Shown piece after piece: positions 32,392 to 39,686 of a stretch of DNA of 64,000 nucleotides (the stretch's first letter is position 1; every line of letters starts with the position of its first letter). The notes below the pieces were generated by a model. It searched no databases, was not told the DNA's origin, and saw only the letters and a program-made list of their open reading frames with translations. The translations under genes and the position numbers were made by a program. The stretch covers positions 3,522 to 67,521 of the forward strand of contig HF988645.1 in the NCBI GenBank assembly GCA_000434675.1. The letters run 5' to 3'. This stretch comes from Faecalibacterium sp. CAG:1138. GTDB taxonomy: Bacteria > Bacillota > Clostridia > Christensenellales > CAG-917.

Positions 32392-32420
32392 ATTATACCA
32401 TATAGCTTTTCAAAATGCAA
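32392..32420 (-). promoter_or_regulatory. Sigma-A-type promoter for the lipoprotein/pseudo-ATPase operon
   Basis: Minus strand reads TTGCAT-17 nt-TATAAT with TGg upstream of the -10. Confidence 0.6.
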
Positions 32421-32443
32421 CCCGCAAAATTTTGCCCGAGCCG

Positions 32444-32472
32444 TTGACAAAAACCGTTTTCGGTTATATCCT
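32444..32472 (+). promoter_or_regulatory. Promoter for thiamine pyrophosphokinase, apparently giving a leaderless mRNA
   Basis: TTGACA-17 nt-TATCCT; the ATG at 32479 lies 6 nt after the -10 and there is no SD. Confidence 0.5.
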
Positions 32473-32478
32473 AAAAAT

Positions 32479-33075
32479 ATGAAAACCGCAGCTATACTTC
32501 TAAACGGTCCGTGCCTCGACTCCGAAATCGTCGAAACCGACGTTATTGCGGCCGACGGCGGCCTTAAACTTTTGAAAAACAGAAAACCCGTTGCCTGCGT
32601 CGGCGATTTCGACAGCCTCGAAAACAAACCCGAGGGCATAAACTACGTCGTTTTTCCGAAAGAAAAGGACGAAACAGACGGCCAGCTTGCCGTTTCGTAC
32701 GCAAAACAGGCGGGCTACGACCAAGTGAATATCTATGCCGCAACGGGCGGAGATCTGGGACACGTGCTCGGAAACGTGGGGCTTTTGAAATATGCGCGCG
32801 ACATAAAAATCGGCGCCCGCATAACGGCCGCCGATTTCACAATCAGACTTGTGGAAGGTAAAGTTTCCGAAAGCGCGCGACCGGGGCAAAAAATTTCGCT
32901 GTTCCCGTTTTTCGGTGACGCGACCGTCCGTAGCAGCAAGGGACTTTACTACCCTCTTTCCGACCTGACGCTTTCTGCCGGCACAAGCCGCGGACTTTCA
33001 AACGTGGCAACCGCAACCGAAATTTCTTTCGAGGTTTCGAGCGGCATGCTCCTTCTCATAACTTACAACAAATAG
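32479..33075 (+). CDS. thiN: Thiamine pyrophosphokinase
   Basis: 198 aa; VGDFDS and KDETDG motifs; C-terminal thiamine-binding beta domain. Confidence 0.88.
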   Translation: MKTAAILLNGPCLDSEIVETDVIAADGGLKLLKNRKPVACVGDFDSLENKPEGINYVVFPKEKDETDGQLAVSYAKQAGYDQVNIYAATGGDLGHVLGNVGLLKYARDIKIGARITAADFTIRLVEGKVSESARPGQKISLFPFFGDATVRSSKGLYYPLSDLTLSAGTSRGLSNVATATEISFEVSSGMLLLITYNK

Positions 33076-33078
33076 TTT

Positions 33079-34191
33079 TCAGTCAGCGATATTCTCTGTC
33101 GCCGATTTTTCATATATGAGCTTCATAAAGCTCTTGCTCTTAAACAGCACGAACGCCACTGCCAGCGCGATTGCTCCGTCCAAAAACGTAAAGAGGTTGT
33201 ATACCAAACCCCACGTTACCGCAGTATATCCCGGCTGGGCGTAACTCGCAAACGCAAAAATACCTGTCAATAAGTGCGAAACGTATCTGAGAGTTATGGC
33301 AATTCCCGCGCCCGCCATAAACGACAGCACCGGTTTTTTGATGACATTGATTTCCTTAAAGATCCCCGCAAATCCGAGCATACCGAAAGCAAGCGGATAA
33401 TCGATCAAAAATTGCGCCGGGTGAATTATAAATGGATCCTGCACCGCTTGCAAAACGCCGTACACGACACCTACTATAATACCTTTTCTTATGCCGAAGA
33501 TATATGCAAAAAGCAGAATCGGAAGCATAGAAGCGAGGGTTACCGAGCCGCCCTGCGGCATCTTTAAAAACTTAACGTACGAAAGCGCGTAAGCAAGCGC
33601 GACGGAAACCGCAGCATAGGCCATGTCGCGAGTGGTGAAAGGACTCTTCTTTTTTCCGATAAACAAAGAGGCCAGAACCAGCAATGCGACAAGCGCAACC
33701 GCGCTGATATAAAGCCCCGCCTGCGACGAGCCGGGATACTTGCCCTTAACATCCTTGTAGTATAGAGCCAGAACGACGGCTGCGACAACAAGCGACACGA
33801 GCATAACGCCTGCCGCGATAAATTTGTACGTCCTGAAAAAGTCGGGCTTTGCGGCCTTGACGACGAATCCCGCCAAAAGCAAAAGCGCGGCCGTAGCTAT
33901 AATCTCAAAAATCGACCAGAAAACGGCTTTTTTGAATTCTCCGCTGCTAACGTCTGCCGCAACCTTCAGTGTAAACATGGAAACTGCAAAAAACGAAGCC
34001 GCGCCAAAGGTGAAGTGTTTGACGTTTTTGACGTATGCAGGCAACTTTTCGGGACTGAATTTTTTCAGAATCGCCCAGAGCGCCGCCATAACGACCACAG
34101 CCGCAATGGCAAAATAGAACGCCGTTACGCTGAGCTGATCCGCAACGTCAAGCGACGTGAACGGTTCTTTCAGAATTGTTGTAAATTTCAT
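33079..34191 (-). CDS. thiT: Thiamine ECF S-component ThiT with a ~185-aa N-terminal multi-TM extension
   Basis: 370 aa. The C-terminal ~185 aa align by eye with L. lactis ThiT (MLPILLFAY..G..VGVVYGVLQ..QFLIDYPLAFGMLGFAGIF). GGAGAACAA-ATG SD and a TPP riboswitch lie directly upstream. Confidence 0.8.
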   Translation of the reverse strand: MKFTTILKEPFTSLDVADQLSVTAFYFAIAAVVVMAALWAILKKFSPEKLPAYVKNVKHFTFGAASFFAVSMFTLKVAADVSSGEFKKAVFWSIFEIIATAALLLLAGFVVKAAKPDFFRTYKFIAAGVMLVSLVVAAVVLALYYKDVKGKYPGSSQAGLYISAVALVALLVLASLFIGKKKSPFTTRDMAYAAVSVALAYALSYVKFLKMPQGGSVTLASMLPILLFAYIFGIRKGIIVGVVYGVLQAVQDPFIIHPAQFLIDYPLAFGMLGFAGIFKEINVIKKPVLSFMAGAGIAITLRYVSHLLTGIFAFASYAQPGYTAVTWGLVYNLFTFLDGAIALAVAFVLFKSKSFMKLIYEKSATENIAD

Positions 34192-34226
34192 TTGTTCTCC
34201 TTCTGTTTATCGAACAAACCTCAAGC

Positions 34227-34345
34227 AAAAAAATGCCCCGCAAAACACGGGGCATTCAAAATTACACGCTAACTCCCTACGCAGGTCCTAACCCGACAGG
34301 TTCAATGGGTATAATCTCAGCCGCAAGCGGCACCCCGATAAACAT
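34227..34345 (-). promoter_or_regulatory. TPP (THI-box) riboswitch with terminator
   Basis: Minus strand reads cggggugccgcuugcggcugagauuauacccauugaaccugucggguuaggaccugcguagggag. Terminator aaugccccg/cggggcauu plus U7 at 34227-34256. Confidence 0.92.
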
Positions 34346-34397
34346 ATTTTTTTGGCCTTAAAGGCTGATTTTATATTAAACCGTCAAAAGCGGTTTG

Positions 34398-35171
34398 TCA
34401 ACCGATTTGAACGGAATTTGCGTTCGCGCCGCTTATTTCTTTTTTCGCAACGAAGAAGAACACAATTTGCAAAGCGTTTATCGGCAGGAACATCGCCCAC
34501 GCCAAGCTGGAGAACGCTATCGCAAAATAGAGTTCAACTACCGCCGTTAAAATTGCAAGAACCAGAACCGCGTAGTTTACGGCAAACTTGCCTTTCATCG
34601 TTGCGGCATAGTCGGCGGCAAAAATCAGAAGGTTGATGCCGTAATACACGGCAGCGATTACGATGAACAAGAAATTGAAAATGTTGCCTATTCCCTCGCC
34701 GAGCTGTTCGCCAGGATACTTATAAAGTTCGTCGGCGCTATAAGACAAGGTGTAGCTGTTTCCTTCAAAAGTGAACGTCGTGCCGTTAAGCGAACCCGTG
34801 AAGGAACGCAACGCCACAGGCGAGCCGTCCTCGACGGAAGTTGCGGTCAGGGTTTTGAAGGTCAGAGTTTTGGTTTTGAGATCGTAGTGAGCGGTGCCGG
34901 TGTAAGTCGCCGCAGAATCGGAATAGCTGAACTTTTTGTCGGTTCTCGACGTGGCCGGATTTTTTACGTCCTCGGCGTCTGCGTCCGAAAAACTTAAAGA
35001 GCCACCTTCCGAAGTTTCGAAATAGCTTTGGCTTTCCAAAACTTTTATACCTCTCGGATCCTTAGGGTCCGACTGTTTGTTCGCTTCGGCCTGTCCTACC
35101 AGAATTGCGCCGATCGTGAAAACGATGATCGCCACGATGGTTACAAGCCCCAAAAGTTTGGTCTTTTTCAT
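34398..35171 (-). CDS. Hypothetical membrane protein (N-terminal anchor, ~150-aa exported domain, C-terminal TM bundle)
   Basis: 257 aa; hydrophobic segments at both ends and a T/S-rich middle; no motif recognised. Confidence 0.55.
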   Translation of the reverse strand: MKKTKLLGLVTIVAIIVFTIGAILVGQAEANKQSDPKDPRGIKVLESQSYFETSEGGSLSFSDADAEDVKNPATSRTDKKFSYSDSAATYTGTAHYDLKTKTLTFKTLTATSVEDGSPVALRSFTGSLNGTTFTFEGNSYTLSYSADELYKYPGEQLGEGIGNIFNFLFIVIAAVYYGINLLIFAADYAATMKGKFAVNYAVLVLAILTAVVELYFAIAFSSLAWAMFLPINALQIVFFFVAKKEISGANANSVQIG

Positions 35172-35189
35172 AATTCCTCCTGTTCGAAG

Positions 35190-35774
35190 TTATTTCAAAA
35201 CGTCCAACGGCTTGAAGAAACCGCCGGTGAAATTATCCAAAAAATATTTCACTTCCGGCGCGCCCAGAACGCAAAGCGTCGCAAAGGTGGTGTCGCGCGC
35301 CACGGAGTATTCCTTGTTCCCTGCGTTGGTTTCTTCCTCGCACTTGAGATAAGCGGCGAGCTTGTCGGCGTATTTGACGAGTTTATATTCCTCCGTCGAA
35401 GTGTCGGGAGAAATAAGTTCCGCATAATAATCCCTCAAAAATTCCGGAAGCATCTCCAAAAGCTTGCTTTCGGCAAGAGCTTCCATCTCCTTATAGGCAT
35501 GCTCGATTTTAGGATTATTATACTTGATCGGCGTAGGCATATCGCCGGTTATGACCTCGCTTGCGTCGTGGAACATAGCGATGGATACGGCTTTTTCAAC
35601 GTTGACGTTTCCGCCGTAAAGCTTGTTTTTGATGAGGCAAAGCGCCTGAGTGATATACGCAACCTGATAGCTGTGCTCGATAAGATTGTCCGGCACGGAG
35701 TTGCGCATAAGGCTCCACCGCTCAATATACTTCATTCTGTTTAAAAGCGCGTAAAAATTGCTGCTGTTATTCAT
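35190..35774 (-). CDS. HD-domain 5'-deoxynucleotidase (YfbR-like)
   Basis: 194 aa; RWSLMRN..NLIEHSYQVA and FHDASEVITGDMPTPIKY. Confidence 0.82.
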   Translation of the reverse strand: MNNSSNFYALLNRMKYIERWSLMRNSVPDNLIEHSYQVAYITQALCLIKNKLYGGNVNVEKAVSIAMFHDASEVITGDMPTPIKYNNPKIEHAYKEMEALAESKLLEMLPEFLRDYYAELISPDTSTEEYKLVKYADKLAAYLKCEEETNAGNKEYSVARDTTFATLCVLGAPEVKYFLDNFTGGFFKPLDVLK

Positions 35775-35783
35775 GATTTCACC

Positions 35784-37199
35784 TTAGATGATATATTTGT
35801 CGGCTTTTTGAGGAGCGCAGTCAAGCTCCTTCTTCTTGTCTTCGTATCCCGCTCTGCCAAACAACGCGTAGGTGGCGTTTTTGCCTTCCTCGACGCCCGG
35901 TTGATTGAAGGTGTTGACGTTGAGGATAGCGCCTGCATAAGCAGTCTGAAGCTGGAAGAACATCATAAGCTCGCCGAGAGTGAAAGCGTTGATTTCCGGA
36001 AGCACGATGGTGCTGTTCAACCTGCCGGCTTTGGTGAGCGCGTATTCGGTGGCGCGTTTTTCGGTGGAAATAAGCTCGTTCAAGGTGTGTCCGCAAAGGA
36101 AATTTACGTTAGGATACTCCTCTGCGCCTTCAGGGATAACCACTTCGGATCTAAAGTTTCTGACCTCGATGAAGGTTACGACCTTGTCGAACGGACCTTC
36201 GGTGTAAAGCTGAACCTGGCTGTGCTGATCGGTTACGCCCAAGGATTTGACAGGGGTTTGACCGGCATAAACCTTTTTGCCGGTAAAATCGGTGGCTTTG
36301 CCCAGGCTTTCCGCCCAAAGCTGAGCGTACCAGTCGGCAAAATACTTGAGACCGTCGGAATACGGCATCATAACGTGAATGTTGCAGCCCTTTTCCATTG
36401 CCATGCACTGAAGCATTGCGGACATAAGCGCAGGATTCTTTGCAGGATTGTCTCTGCCGCAAAGCTTATCCATATACGCCGCGCCCTCGAGAAGTCCCTT
36501 TATATCGATTCTGGTTACGGCCGCCGGCAGCAGTCCCACAGGGCACAGTTCGCTGAATCTGCCGCCAACTCCGTCAGGAATAAAGAAGGTTTTGAGGCCT
36601 TCGGCTTTTGCGATTTTGATGAGGTTGCCGCTGTTTGCGGAGGTGGTGGCGATGACGTGTTTGGTCCAGTCGGCGCCGAGTTTTTTCTTCAGGATATCGG
36701 TGATAATGAGATACTGACTCATCGTTTCGGACGTCGAGCCCGATTTGGTGATGACGTTGAACATGGTTTTTTCGACGTCGATAACGTCCAGAAGCGCGCT
36801 CATGCGTTCAGGATCGATGTTGTCTTCAACGTAGAATTTAGGGGCCTTTCTTTTGTATTTAGGAAGGTCGTTGTAATGCAAATGATTGAGCGCGGTGAAG
36901 GTTGCGATAGGGCCGAGAGCGCTGCCGCCGATGCCGAGAACGACGAAAAAGTCGAAATTGTCCCTGATTTCCTTTGCTGCGGCAAGGATGTCGTCCACAA
37001 CGTCCGCCTGATTGTACGGAAGCTCGCTCCACCCCATCATATCTCTGCCGCGATTTCTGGAAACGTAATCGAACGCCCACATTGCCTTGCCGGCGTAACG
37101 ATTGAGCTCGCGATCGGTGAAGCCTTTTTCTCCGACGGTTTTTGCCATCATATTGTTAAAATCGAATCTGATACGATTTTCGGTTTTGTTGTAAGCCAT
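35784..37199 (-). CDS. pgi: Glucose-6-phosphate isomerase
   Basis: 471 aa; Bacillus-type PGI (VVLGIGGSALGP, SGSTSET). Confidence 0.93.
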   Translation of the reverse strand: MAYNKTENRIRFDFNNMMAKTVGEKGFTDRELNRYAGKAMWAFDYVSRNRGRDMMGWSELPYNQADVVDDILAAAKEIRDNFDFFVVLGIGGSALGPIATFTALNHLHYNDLPKYKRKAPKFYVEDNIDPERMSALLDVIDVEKTMFNVITKSGSTSETMSQYLIITDILKKKLGADWTKHVIATTSANSGNLIKIAKAEGLKTFFIPDGVGGRFSELCPVGLLPAAVTRIDIKGLLEGAAYMDKLCGRDNPAKNPALMSAMLQCMAMEKGCNIHVMMPYSDGLKYFADWYAQLWAESLGKATDFTGKKVYAGQTPVKSLGVTDQHSQVQLYTEGPFDKVVTFIEVRNFRSEVVIPEGAEEYPNVNFLCGHTLNELISTEKRATEYALTKAGRLNSTIVLPEINAFTLGELMMFFQLQTAYAGAILNVNTFNQPGVEEGKNATYALFGRAGYEDKKKELDCAPQKADKYII

Positions 37200-37285
37200 A
37201 AAAAACTCCTCTTTTTGGTCAAAAGTATTCTGAAACAGGCGGAAATTTATAATACTGCGGATTCTTCTCGCCGTTTCGTATATTG

Positions 37286-37314
37286 ATTATACAATATAAC
37301 CCCGATTTTTGCAA
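37286..37314 (-). promoter_or_regulatory. Sigma-A-type promoter for pgi
   Basis: Minus strand reads TTGCAA-17 nt-TATAAT. Confidence 0.6.
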
Positions 37315-37372
37315 GCAAAAGAGCCATAATTCAAGTTTCATTGTGTCCGCCTGTTTTCAAACGCTTTCGGAC

Positions 37373-37400
37373 ATAAAAAAGGGCTTCCAAAGAAGCCCTT
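37373..37400 (-). terminator. Rho-independent terminator after hpf
   Basis: 9-bp stem aagggcttc/gaagccctt, 4-nt loop, U-tract. Confidence 0.88.
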
Positions 37401-37411
37401 TTGAAAATTCG

Positions 37412-37939
37412 TTAATAGACGCATTCGATGATGCCGACGTTGCCGTCGTGACGGCGATATACGCAGTTCACCATGCCGGTGTCGACGTTCAGATACAGAT
37501 AGAAATCGTGGCCGCTCATTTCGAGGTCTGCCATAGCCTCCTCTTTCGTGAGCCCCTTAAGACCGAACTGTTTGACTTTGACGACTTCAGGTTTGCGTTG
37601 GGAAATATCCTCTTCCATAAACGCGCCGTCGAAAGCGGTTTCTTTAAGTTTCTTGTTGAGTTTGGTGCGATATTTCCTCACCATACGCTCGATTTTAGGG
37701 AAAATGGCGTATGCGTTGTCGTACATATTGTCGCTGACCTCCTCCACGCGAATGAGGTCGCCGTTAAACCAGATGGTTGCCTCAAGAGTGTAACGCTCTT
37801 TTGCGCCGGACTGGCTGCAGACGAACTTTGCGGTGGTGTCGTCCTTGAAGAAGCATTCCAGCTTTTCGGCTTTTTTCTCGATAAGGTTCTTGAGAGTCTG
37901 AGTCGGTGTGTAGTTGGTCCCGATGATTTCGATTTTCAT
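37412..37939 (-). CDS. hpf: Ribosome hibernation promoting factor (long HPF)
   Basis: 175 aa from ATG 37939 (GGGAGG SD). S30AE N-domain MKIEIIGTNYTPT plus C-terminal dimerisation domain (GHDFYLYLNVDTGMVNCVYRRHDGNVGIIE). Confidence 0.92.
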   Translation of the reverse strand: MKIEIIGTNYTPTQTLKNLIEKKAEKLECFFKDDTTAKFVCSQSGAKERYTLEATIWFNGDLIRVEEVSDNMYDNAYAIFPKIERMVRKYRTKLNKKLKETAFDGAFMEEDISQRKPEVVKVKQFGLKGLTKEEAMADLEMSGHDFYLYLNVDTGMVNCVYRRHDGNVGIIECVY

Positions 37940-38056
37940 ATTGTTGCCTCCCTTTATCTTTATCAAAGGGCTTCGCCCTCTGTCTAGTTTTATTATATCA
38001 TAACAAGGCTTAAAAATCCATTAAAACTCGGAAAAATTTTTAATTTGTACCCGGGT

Positions 38057-38088
38057 ATAAAAATGCGCGGCGGGGCTTCCGCTGCGCA
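38057..38088 (-). terminator. Rho-independent terminator closing the clpC operon
   Basis: GC-rich 10-bp stem (one mismatch) ugcgcagcgg/ccgccgcgca, 5-nt loop, then uuuuua. Confidence 0.85.
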
Positions 38089-38093
38089 AGATT

Positions 38094-39197
38094 TCAGAAG
38101 TTCAGTTTTTCTTTCAGATTCAATATTTCCGCGTAGGACAAACAAGCCAGCAAAGCTTGTCCGCATTGCTTTTTGACGGATTTTTGAAGGCTGCAAACGG
38201 CTTCTGGATTATCTTTCGATTCCTCGAAGCGCGGCGCAAACTGCCTTTTCGGAACGAGAGTTCCACCGCCCTCTTCGAGGTTCATTTCGTAGTAGAAATT
38301 CACCTTTGCCTGCGACCACGGAACAAGATAATAAACGTTTTGCAGTTTTTCCGTTCTCAAAGGTTTGATTTTGTTGCCTTCAGGCAAAGTCTTGTTGATT
38401 TCGTTCGCCTGCCAAATGGTGAGTGCGGCGTATTTTTGAAGTTTTTCGGTAAATTCACGGGCGGTATAGTTCACCACGACGTAAAAATAGAAATTCGGCT
38501 TTCCGCCCTCAAGCAGATCGCGAGCAAAGCCCATAAAGTTTTCGGAAAAGCGCAATTCGTCGTAGTCCTCGCCCTCCCTGAGGCCGAAATTGTTCTTCAG
38601 CGTGTCCCTGACGACCTTGCAGAACCTGTCTTCAACGGTGGCGTCCGTGATCTCTTCGGGCTTTTCGTCCCGATAAAACAAATCCTTTTCCTTCAAAGCC
38701 AAGGAAATAGGCTGGGCAAACTTATCCTTCCACGTTGTTTTGTCGAGGCCTCTTCTTTCAATCAGAAGATAGCCGTCTTTGGTTATAACAAGCCCGTTTA
38801 TGCCGATCTGGTTGCCGAGTTCCGATTTGTTTATAGGCGAAATGCTCTCGTTGCACTCGTAAAGGTCCCTAAGAGTCATGCCGTCGGTGAGCTTGTAGTC
38901 CATACAGCGATTGGTGAGCAGCATGTGATAATACATGGTGCGCTTGGTATGTATTTTTATCGTGGAAGCGTCAACCCGCTCGAAGTCGTCTAAGCGAATA
39001 GTTGCGGTGTTGGTTTTTTTGGAGTGCTTGTGCGCGTCGAGAAGCGCCCTGCTGTTCTGAATTATAAAATCGGGCAATTTGAAAGCTTCGTTTACGTTGT
39101 CGGCGATCGTAAGCTTTGTGTTGAACGCTCTGTTTGCGTAAACGTTCAGGCTTGCAATGACAAGATAAGGCTTGCTGCTATTGTTGTCGCCGTTCAA
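38094..39197 (-). CDS. Hypothetical 367-aa soluble protein (possible degenerate Nudix-like core)
   Basis: The TTG start at 39197 lies 8 nt after the upstream TAG and has no SD, which suggests translational coupling. Central GINGLVITKDGYLLIERRG...TWKDKF...E-x7-RDTLKNNFGL. No family recognised. Confidence 0.65.
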   Translation of the reverse strand: MNGDNNSSKPYLVIASLNVYANRAFNTKLTIADNVNEAFKLPDFIIQNSRALLDAHKHSKKTNTATIRLDDFERVDASTIKIHTKRTMYYHMLLTNRCMDYKLTDGMTLRDLYECNESISPINKSELGNQIGINGLVITKDGYLLIERRGLDKTTWKDKFAQPISLALKEKDLFYRDEKPEEITDATVEDRFCKVVRDTLKNNFGLREGEDYDELRFSENFMGFARDLLEGGKPNFYFYVVVNYTAREFTEKLQKYAALTIWQANEINKTLPEGNKIKPLRTEKLQNVYYLVPWSQAKVNFYYEMNLEEGGGTLVPKRQFAPRFEESKDNPEAVCSLQKSVKKQCGQALLACLSYAEILNLKEKLNF

Positions 39198-39205
39198 AAA
39201 ACGAT

Positions 39206-39664
39206 CTATATCACGCTTTTCGTTCTCATATTCGGCGGAATAGACGTCGCGCTTTGCGGGGCAAGGTCCTTTTCTGCGCCCTCTTTTGCCAAAGAATGCA
39301 AAGTCATAAACACACCGTCGTAATCGAAAAAGTTTCCGCCGTCATAATCGGTTTTGACCTTATGATTTTTGTACTTATGAATGATTTTTTGCTGATCTGC
39401 TTCGGTTTTAAGGCTTTCTTCGGTGCGCCGCTCCCTCATGGTTGCAATCTTCGAGGCAAAAACCGCAAAGGCAACGCCGATAAACACGGACACCGACACT
39501 TTGTCGCGCACGAAATCAAGTATGCTCGCCCAAAAAGCGTTTTCGCTGTCGGGGATAAGAGTTAAGGCGTACGCGGCCGCTATCCCGACTATGCACAAAG
39601 CGATTTTCGCCATGCCCGAGTCGGAATACTTTTTGACTTTTTCTGCAAATTTTACGCGTTTCAT
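39206..39664 (-). CDS. Hypothetical 2-TM membrane protein
   Basis: 152 aa; TM helices IALCIVGIAAAYALTLI and VSVSVFIGVAFAVFASKIA, then a charged helix MRERRTEESLKTEADQQK. GGGAGA SD inside the 22-nt gap after clpC. Confidence 0.6.
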   Translation of the reverse strand: MKRVKFAEKVKKYSDSGMAKIALCIVGIAAAYALTLIPDSENAFWASILDFVRDKVSVSVFIGVAFAVFASKIATMRERRTEESLKTEADQQKIIHKYKNHKVKTDYDGGNFFDYDGVFMTLHSLAKEGAEKDLAPQSATSIPPNMRTKSVI

Positions 39665-39686
39665 AACTCTTCTCCCACGTGATAAA

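Noticed and set aside
32343-32639. 98-aa minus-strand ORF.
   Set aside because: It spans the divergent promoter region and is antisense to thiN. It has no SD and odd composition.
38094-39664. Horizontal acquisition of the post-clpC orphan pair.
   Set aside because: Hand GC counts on 120-nt samples gave about 42% and 53% inside the pair, against about 51% in clpC, so there is no consistent skew. There are no flanking direct repeats, tRNA or integrase. No HGT claim is made.
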